Part shown: positions 27,158 through 32,000 of the stretch, piece by piece
How the letters are laid out: every line of letters begins with the position of its first letter
Numbering within the stretch: the stretch's first letter is position 1
Origin: Parvicella tangerina
GTDB lineage: Bacteria > Bacteroidota > Bacteroidia > Flavobacteriales_D > Parvicellaceae
DNA length: 32,000 bases
Direction of reading: 5' to 3'
Assembly: GCF_907165195.1 (NCBI RefSeq)
Contig: NZ_OU015584.1
Location: 2,458,978-2,490,977, forward strand
The notes under the pieces: generated by a model
Told to the model about the DNA's origin: nothing
Databases searched by the model: none
The model's input: only the letters and a program-made list of their open reading frames with translations
Translations under genes and position numbers: made by a program

Positions 27158-29041
27158 ATGTGTGGAATAAACGGAATTTATAACATCAGAAAAGTCGACC
27201 ATCCTGTTGACCTGATCAAAAAAATGAATCAGAGGTCGGCACATCGCGGGCCAGATTACTCAGGTGTTTATAGTGATGAAGACATCGTACTAGGACACAA
27301 CCGACTTTCGATCATTGACCTTGATGAAGTTTCTAATCAACCTATGATTTCCGAGAACGATAACCTCGTTCTGGTCTTCAATGGGGAAATCTACAACTAC
27401 CAAGAATTAAGGAAAATTCTCGAAAAACGGCACACTTTCAAAACTAATGGCGACACAGAAGTGGTATTAGCAGCTTTTGAAAGATGGGGTCCTGCTTGTT
27501 TGAATCATTTTAACGGTATGTTTGGACTCGCCATCTGGGATAAGAACAAAAGAGAACTGTTCGTTGCTCGTGATCGACTCGGTATTAAGCCAGTTTACTA
27601 TTACGATAACCTCGAGCAATTCGCATTTTCCTCTGAAATCAGGAGTTTACTAGAGCTACCTTTTGTAGAAAAGGAAATTAACGAAGATGCCCTGGTAGAT
27701 TACCTAAGATATGGTACCGTTCATGCTCCAAGAACCATTATCAATGGAGTTAGAATGCTGATGCCAGGACATTATGTATTGCTTAATGTTGACGGTATTA
27801 AAACTCATCAATACTGGAATGTAAATCTTCATTACAGCTCGGAGAGTTTTAATCAGAGTTACGATCAAGTAAAATCAAGAACAAAAGAACTCTTTTATGA
27901 AAGTGTTGAAAGACGTCTTGTTGCGGATGTTCCTTTTGGCGCTTTTCTAAGTGGAGGAATCGATAGCAGTGCCGTGGTAGGTGTGATGAGTGAAGTATCA
28001 AAAAATAAGGTCAATACCTTCTCTGTCACTTTTGCCGAAGAAGAGTTTTCCGAAGCAAAATATGCTCGAATAATCGCTGAAAAATTCAATACTAACCATC
28101 ATGAGATCAAGCTATCTCCAACTGATTTCCTGGAGGATCTTCCTAATGCCATAGACAGCATGGATCACCCAAGTATGGACGGACCAAATTCTTATGTGGT
28201 GTCCAAAGCAACTAAAGGTGCTGGAATCACAATGGCGTTAAGTGGACTTGGTGGAGATGAATTATTTGCGGGATACGATATTTTTAAAAGGGCTTATTCT
28301 TTGTTGGACAAGAAATGGCTCATGTCCTTTCCGCTTTTCTTTAGAAAAGGGCTTGGAACAGCATTAAAAGTCGTAAAACCAGGAATTTCTAGTGATAAAA
28401 TCAAAAAAACAATTACCAGTAAATATCTTGAACTGCCTTATTACTACCCCATCAACCGAGAAGTTTTAGACGACAATAAACTGCATGAAATTCTGAGTTT
28501 TCATAACTACCCAGAGAACGCAGTGCATGAAATTTTACAACACTCAATCGGTGTTGGGACTTCAGGAGCGAGTGTACCTTTCTTGAGTCGAGTTACTTTT
28601 GCCGAGATCAATACCTACATGCAAAATGTCTTACTAAGAGACACCGATCAAATGAGTATGGCTCATGCGTTAGAGGTAAGAGTTCCGTTTTTAGACCACA
28701 AGTTACTTGAGTATGTTTATGGCGTTCGGGATGACTTTAAATACCCAACACAACCTAAGAAACTGCTTGTAGATGCGCTCGGTGATTTACTTCCTTCTGA
28801 AATAGTAGATCGTCCGAAAATGGGTTTTACTTTTCCTTGGGAATCTTGGTTGAAGAACGATCTTAAAGATTACTGCATTGAAGGGTTTGATTATTTAAAA
28901 GGATTATCCTATTTCAATGAGAGAGGATTAGATAATCTCTGGATTGACTTTTTGAATGGGAAAAGGACAATTACCTGGTCTAGAGTATGGACTTTTGTAG
29001 TGCTTGGGCACTGGTTAAAAAAGAATCGAATTAGTGGATGA
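27158..29041 (+). CDS. asnB: Asparagine synthase (glutamine-hydrolysing) family amidotransferase, polysaccharide-locus type
   Basis: 627 aa. N-terminal MCGI (Ntn Cys2 glutaminase), HRGPD, PP-loop FLSGGIDSS. It is followed by glycan-modification genes through overlapping stop/start codons. Confidence 0.85.
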   Translation: MCGINGIYNIRKVDHPVDLIKKMNQRSAHRGPDYSGVYSDEDIVLGHNRLSIIDLDEVSNQPMISENDNLVLVFNGEIYNYQELRKILEKRHTFKTNGDTEVVLAAFERWGPACLNHFNGMFGLAIWDKNKRELFVARDRLGIKPVYYYDNLEQFAFSSEIRSLLELPFVEKEINEDALVDYLRYGTVHAPRTIINGVRMLMPGHYVLLNVDGIKTHQYWNVNLHYSSESFNQSYDQVKSRTKELFYESVERRLVADVPFGAFLSGGIDSSAVVGVMSEVSKNKVNTFSVTFAEEEFSEAKYARIIAEKFNTNHHEIKLSPTDFLEDLPNAIDSMDHPSMDGPNSYVVSKATKGAGITMALSGLGGDELFAGYDIFKRAYSLLDKKWLMSFPLFFRKGLGTALKVVKPGISSDKIKKTITSKYLELPYYYPINREVLDDNKLHEILSFHNYPENAVHEILQHSIGVGTSGASVPFLSRVTFAEINTYMQNVLLRDTDQMSMAHALEVRVPFLDHKLLEYVYGVRDDFKYPTQPKKLLVDALGDLLPSEIVDRPKMGFTFPWESWLKNDLKDYCIEGFDYLKGLSYFNERGLDNLWIDFLNGKRTITWSRVWTFVVLGHWLKKNRISG

Positions 29042-30180
29042 ATTTGCAAAATAAAAAACGAATACTCTTCTTTATAGACTGGTACTATCCAGCTTTCAAG
29101 GCTGGCGGTCCAATTTCTTCTGTTAGAAACCTTTGTTTACTATTAAAAAAGGATTTTGAAGTTTTGGTCGTTACCGGGGATAGGGATCTCGGTGAAACAG
29201 AAGCTTTACCAGGAATAGTAACCAATAAGCAAATATCAGTTGAGGGTATTAATGTGATTTATTTGTCACCAAAAGAAATTAGTTCATACAAATTCCAAGA
29301 AATTCATAATTCTTTTAGGCCTGATATTGTCCATTTAAATAGTTTGTTCTCTGCTAAGTTTACGCTACTTCCATTGAAAGCTTTAAAAAAAGTAGACTCC
29401 CAAATTGTTATCAGTCCAAGAGGGATGTTTGGCTCTGCATCTTTGAAGATTAAGTCTCTCAAAAAGCGACTATTCTTTATTTATGCTAAAGTCTTTTCTT
29501 TATTTGAAGGAGTTGTCTGGCACGCTACTTCTGCTATTGAAGCTGATGAAATAAGGAATAAAATTGGATTAAAAACTACTGTAAGAATTGCAAACAATGT
29601 CCCCTATCTACCTGAAACTATTGTAGATGAACCAGTTAAAACAAAGGGTGAAATTAAGTTACTAAGCGTTGGGAGAATGGCTCCTATTAAGAATTTTGAC
29701 TTTTTATTAAACACTCTTTCAAAAGTAAAAAGTAAAGTATACTTGTTGATAGTCGGTCCAACAGAAGATAAAATATATGCACAAAAGTGTCAGGTGATTG
29801 CAAATCAATTACCTCAACACATAGTTATTAGGTTTTCTGACGGTTTGAGTCCTGCTCAGTTAAATAAACTCTATGCTGATACGCATGTTTTTATTTCTAC
29901 TTCAAAAAATGAGAACTTTGGTCACAGCATTGCAGAAGCGCTAGGAGCAGGCCGCCCTGTAATTGTCAGTGATCAGACTCCATGGAAAAATCTAAGGGAA
30001 TCAGGTGCAGGATATGACCTCCCTTTAGACGAAAAAATATTTGCGGAAACAATTGAATATTTTGCATCTTTGGATCAAGAAGGCTTCAATATAACCTGTA
30101 AAAAAGCAAGAGAAATGGCTATTAAAACAGCCAATCCGAAAGTTATTTTATCTAACTACCATGCCCTCTATGAGATATGA
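29038..30180 (+). CDS. Glycosyltransferase, GT4 (GT-B) family
   Basis: 380 aa. The ATG overlaps the asnB TGA. The C-terminal half carries the E-x7-E type motif ENFGHSIAEALGAGRPVIVSD. Confidence 0.8.
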   Translation: MNLQNKKRILFFIDWYYPAFKAGGPISSVRNLCLLLKKDFEVLVVTGDRDLGETEALPGIVTNKQISVEGINVIYLSPKEISSYKFQEIHNSFRPDIVHLNSLFSAKFTLLPLKALKKVDSQIVISPRGMFGSASLKIKSLKKRLFFIYAKVFSLFEGVVWHATSAIEADEIRNKIGLKTTVRIANNVPYLPETIVDEPVKTKGEIKLLSVGRMAPIKNFDFLLNTLSKVKSKVYLLIVGPTEDKIYAQKCQVIANQLPQHIVIRFSDGLSPAQLNKLYADTHVFISTSKNENFGHSIAEALGAGRPVIVSDQTPWKNLRESGAGYDLPLDEKIFAETIEYFASLDQEGFNITCKKAREMAIKTANPKVILSNYHALYEI

Positions 30181-30725
30181 AAACAACCGACCTATCCAAA
30201 TTTAACAACGACTGGTATCAACCAGGAGGAAGAATAAAACGAGCGCTTTGGTTCCTTGTTAACGCATGCATCATGCAAAGTAAATGGATTCCGTTCAGCG
30301 GAGTAAAAGTGACATTATTAATTCTTTTTGGAGCTGAAATTGGAGACAATGTAGTTATCAAGCCGAATGTCAATATCAAATATCCTTGGAAACTGACAAT
30401 TGGAGATAACACTTGGATTGGAGAACGCGTATGGATCGATAATCTAGGCGAAGTTAAGATCGGAAAAAATGTCTGCCTCTCTCAAGGTGCTATGCTCCTT
30501 TGTGGGAATCACAATTATAAAAAAGTGGCTTTTGATCTTATAGTAGGCAAAATAACCCTTGAAGACGGAGTATGGATTGGTGCACATAGCATTGTTTGTC
30601 CTGGGGTCAAATGCAAAAGTCATGCTCTTTTGGCGGTTAATTCTGTTGCCACCGCAAACCTCGAACCTTATTCAATTTATCAAGGGAATCCAGCTGTGAA
30701 AGTCAGAGAGCGAGTTGTGAATTAG
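30177..30725 (+). CDS. WcaF-like hexapeptide-repeat (LbH) O-acetyltransferase
   Basis: 182 aa. The ATG overlaps the GT4 TGA. Sequence: N-terminal LSKFNNDWYQPGG…RALWFLVN, then KYPWKLTIGDNTWIGERVWIDNLGEVKIGKNVCLSQGAMLLCGNHNY…GVWIGAHSIVCPGV…IYQGNPA. This matches my memory of colanic-acid WcaF-type acetyltransferases. Confidence 0.8.
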   Translation: MKTTDLSKFNNDWYQPGGRIKRALWFLVNACIMQSKWIPFSGVKVTLLILFGAEIGDNVVIKPNVNIKYPWKLTIGDNTWIGERVWIDNLGEVKIGKNVCLSQGAMLLCGNHNYKKVAFDLIVGKITLEDGVWIGAHSIVCPGVKCKSHALLAVNSVATANLEPYSIYQGNPAVKVRERVVN

Positions 30726-30767
30726 TCTAGCAAATGAGTGACAAACAAGATAAACATGGTTATGAGA

Positions 30768-32000
30768 CTATATCACCTTCACGCCAGGAAAATCCTTTTC
30801 CACTTCCTTAGCCATTTTCTCAGCTTTAGCCCGTGAACTAAATTTATCGAGGTAAACCGAAAAATTGAGCTCATAATCCATGATTATTCCAATTTTCTTG
30901 AAAGCTGGAAAATTCTTAAATATTGCATCCATTAACTCCTCTTCGCTCTTCGTAGTTAAGATCACTACATAGTGTTTTTCCGGATCCTTCTCTTCAAAAT
31001 TCAATTCCAAGTTATCAAACCCCTCATACATTTCCGTCATTTCATCAGCATTCATCCCAGCGCCAAAACCTGTCAAATTCATTTGTTCTGCCCAAGCTTT
31101 ATTTTCAGCAACCACCTTCATATCGGATGGTCTTTTAGAAAGGAAGTCTTTGTAGTCCGTGAGTTCACTTTCACTGACCATGAAATCGTTCATTACTCCT
31201 TGAAGTTCTTCTGTGTACAATCTGAATTCCTCGTCATAACCTGGCATTCTATTTGCCAAATCCTTGTCGCCCATGATCTCGGTTAATACATTACGCCAGT
31301 TGTACTCAATCAGCGTATAGGCAAGTCTTAAATCATGATTTTTCATCATGTAATCGTAGTCTTCTTTATGATAAACCTTGGCATACTTCAAATAGTTAGC
31401 CATGAAAATGTTAAACTCAAAATAAGCATGCATGGTATTTCCAAAAGTCTCATCGCTTGGTCCTTGGTAAGAATTACATTTGAAATACTCCACCTGCGCT
31501 CTTACATCATGATAATAGGCATTAAACTCCTCAATCAAACCATATATCCCCCATTGATTCGAACTTGCAGTAGATGGACCAGAATTCGCCTGAACGTAGG
31601 TACCGTAACGAAATAAGTTCTTTACGTCTTTCGAGAAGAACTCCTTATGCAGTTCCTCTGTTTTAAAAAGCCGCTTACCTGCAAATCGCACTACAATTCC
31701 TTTATCCACAAAATAGGCAATTGGATAAGTGTTATTGTCCCATTCCAAACCATCTGCTAAATCACTATCGTAACCATGCAAGCACTCATGTACAGTGGTT
31801 CCGAAAGTTCCAATAAAGTCTCCGTCAAAACCACTTTTTAAGAAAATCTTTACAAAGTCATCTTCTTGAGAGCCAATAATCTCATCTGAATTAGTTGTAC
31901 AATTACCCGTTCTGGCTAGTACTTCTTTTTTTGTTTGTGGGTCTTTCTGGGCTGTTCCGACCATTGATAAAACGATCAAACAAATCAATATAATGGACTT
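30768..32000 (-). CDS. Exported HExxH-motif protein with SPOR-like C-terminal domain; N-terminus probably cut by window edge
   Basis: The track start 31988 is TTG. The frame stays open to nt 32000 (KSIILICLIVLSMVGTAQ, the hydrophobic core of a signal peptide). HECLH lies at 31776..31790. The last ~70 aa, HYVVILTTKSEEELMDAIFKNF…NFSVYLDKFSSRAKAEKMAKEVEKDFPGVKVI, have the beta-alpha-beta-beta pattern of SPOR domains. Confidence 0.55.
   Translation of the reverse strand, partial: KSIILICLIVLSMVGTAQKDPQTKKEVLARTGNCTTNSDEIIGSQEDDFVKIFLKSGFDGDFIGTFGTTVHECLHGYDSDLADGLEWDNNTYPIAYFVDKGIVVRFAGKRLFKTEELHKEFFSKDVKNLFRYGTYVQANSGPSTASSNQWGIYGLIEEFNAYYHDVRAQVEYFKCNSYQGPSDETFGNTMHAYFEFNIFMANYLKYAKVYHKEDYDYMMKNHDLRLAYTLIEYNWRNVLTEIMGDKDLANRMPGYDEEFRLYTEELQGVMNDFMVSESELTDYKDFLSKRPSDMKVVAENKAWAEQMNLTGFGAGMNADEMTEMYEGFDNLELNFEEKDPEKHYVVILTTKSEEELMDAIFKNFPAFKKIGIIMDYELNFSVYLDKFSSRAKAEKMAKEVEKDFPGVKVI

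Noticed and set aside
27158-30725. Calling asnB-GT4-acetyltransferase a complete capsule/O-antigen locus or a novel defence-type system.
   Set aside because: No Wzx/Wzy, Wza/Wzc, ABC exporter, initiating transferase or sugar-nucleotide synthesis genes are in the window, and there is nothing nuclease-, sensor- or toxin-like. It is reported only as an unusual minimal glycan-modification module coupled to hisS.
174-31616. Many 60-116-aa ORFs in the track lie antisense to, or out of frame within, larger genes. Examples: 174..485, 362..568 and 893..1084 inside rimO; 1827..2177 in ftsY; 4169..4351, 4759..4959, 5412..5654, 7901..8083, 8895..9134, 10227..10600, 11936..12222, 13583..14912, 16317..17348, 17928..18110, 20982..21254, 21459..23675, 25048..25275, 26771..26956, 27895..28089, 30218..30412, 30972..31616.
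   Set aside because: Each is fully embedded in a long ORF with clear family motifs. Their translations are low-complexity or hydrophobic nonsense typical of shadow ORFs in AT-rich DNA, and none has its own promoter-like box.
1-32000. Search by eye for CRISPR repeats, IS/transposase ends, integrase genes, tRNA/rRNA genes, prophage or toxin-antitoxin pairs.
   Set aside because: None seen. The only long repeat is the intragenic LamG duplication. All intergenic palindromes are explained as terminators.

Overview
AT-rich, densely coding chromosomal segment that looks like core genome of a Bacteroidota (Flavobacteriia-like) bacterium. The phylum call rests on three observations: two secreted proteins end in T9SS-type C-terminal sorting domains; TAnnTTTG (-7 type) boxes sit just upstream of many start codons and no Shine-Dalgarno sequences are obvious; and the synteny is characteristic (rpmG-DUF4295-ftsY-rimO, ftsK-lolA, divergent gyrA/clpC). 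I call 27 protein genes. Two were not usable from the ORF track: rimO runs off the left edge, and a 51-aa DUF4295 gene falls below the size cut-off. Housekeeping genes dominate: rimO, ftsY, rpmG, rpmB, NIF3-family, gyrA, clpC, ftsK, lolA, hisS. I saw no rRNA, tRNA, CRISPR array, transposase, integrase or phage genes, and no nuclease, methylase or toxin-like gene set that would suggest a defence island. I therefore do not find a convincing self-contained novel system. The leads most worth a second look are: (1) a 615-bp-period tandem duplication inside a LamG/T9SS cargo gene, whose mosaic divergence suggests gene conversion; (2) a string of overlapping genes, hisS / Cys-rich membrane-anchored protein / AsnB-type amidotransferase / GT4 / WcaF-like acetyltransferase; (3) an HExxH protein with a SPOR-like C-terminus at the right edge; (4) two tandem paralogous lipoproteins upstream of ftsK-lolA; (5) a COG1579 'zinc-ribbon' protein that has lost all four cysteines, in a tight unit with NIF3 and a membrane protein; (6) a 438-bp non-coding gap between gyrA and clpC. 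All family assignments come from motif recognition by eye; no database search was possible.
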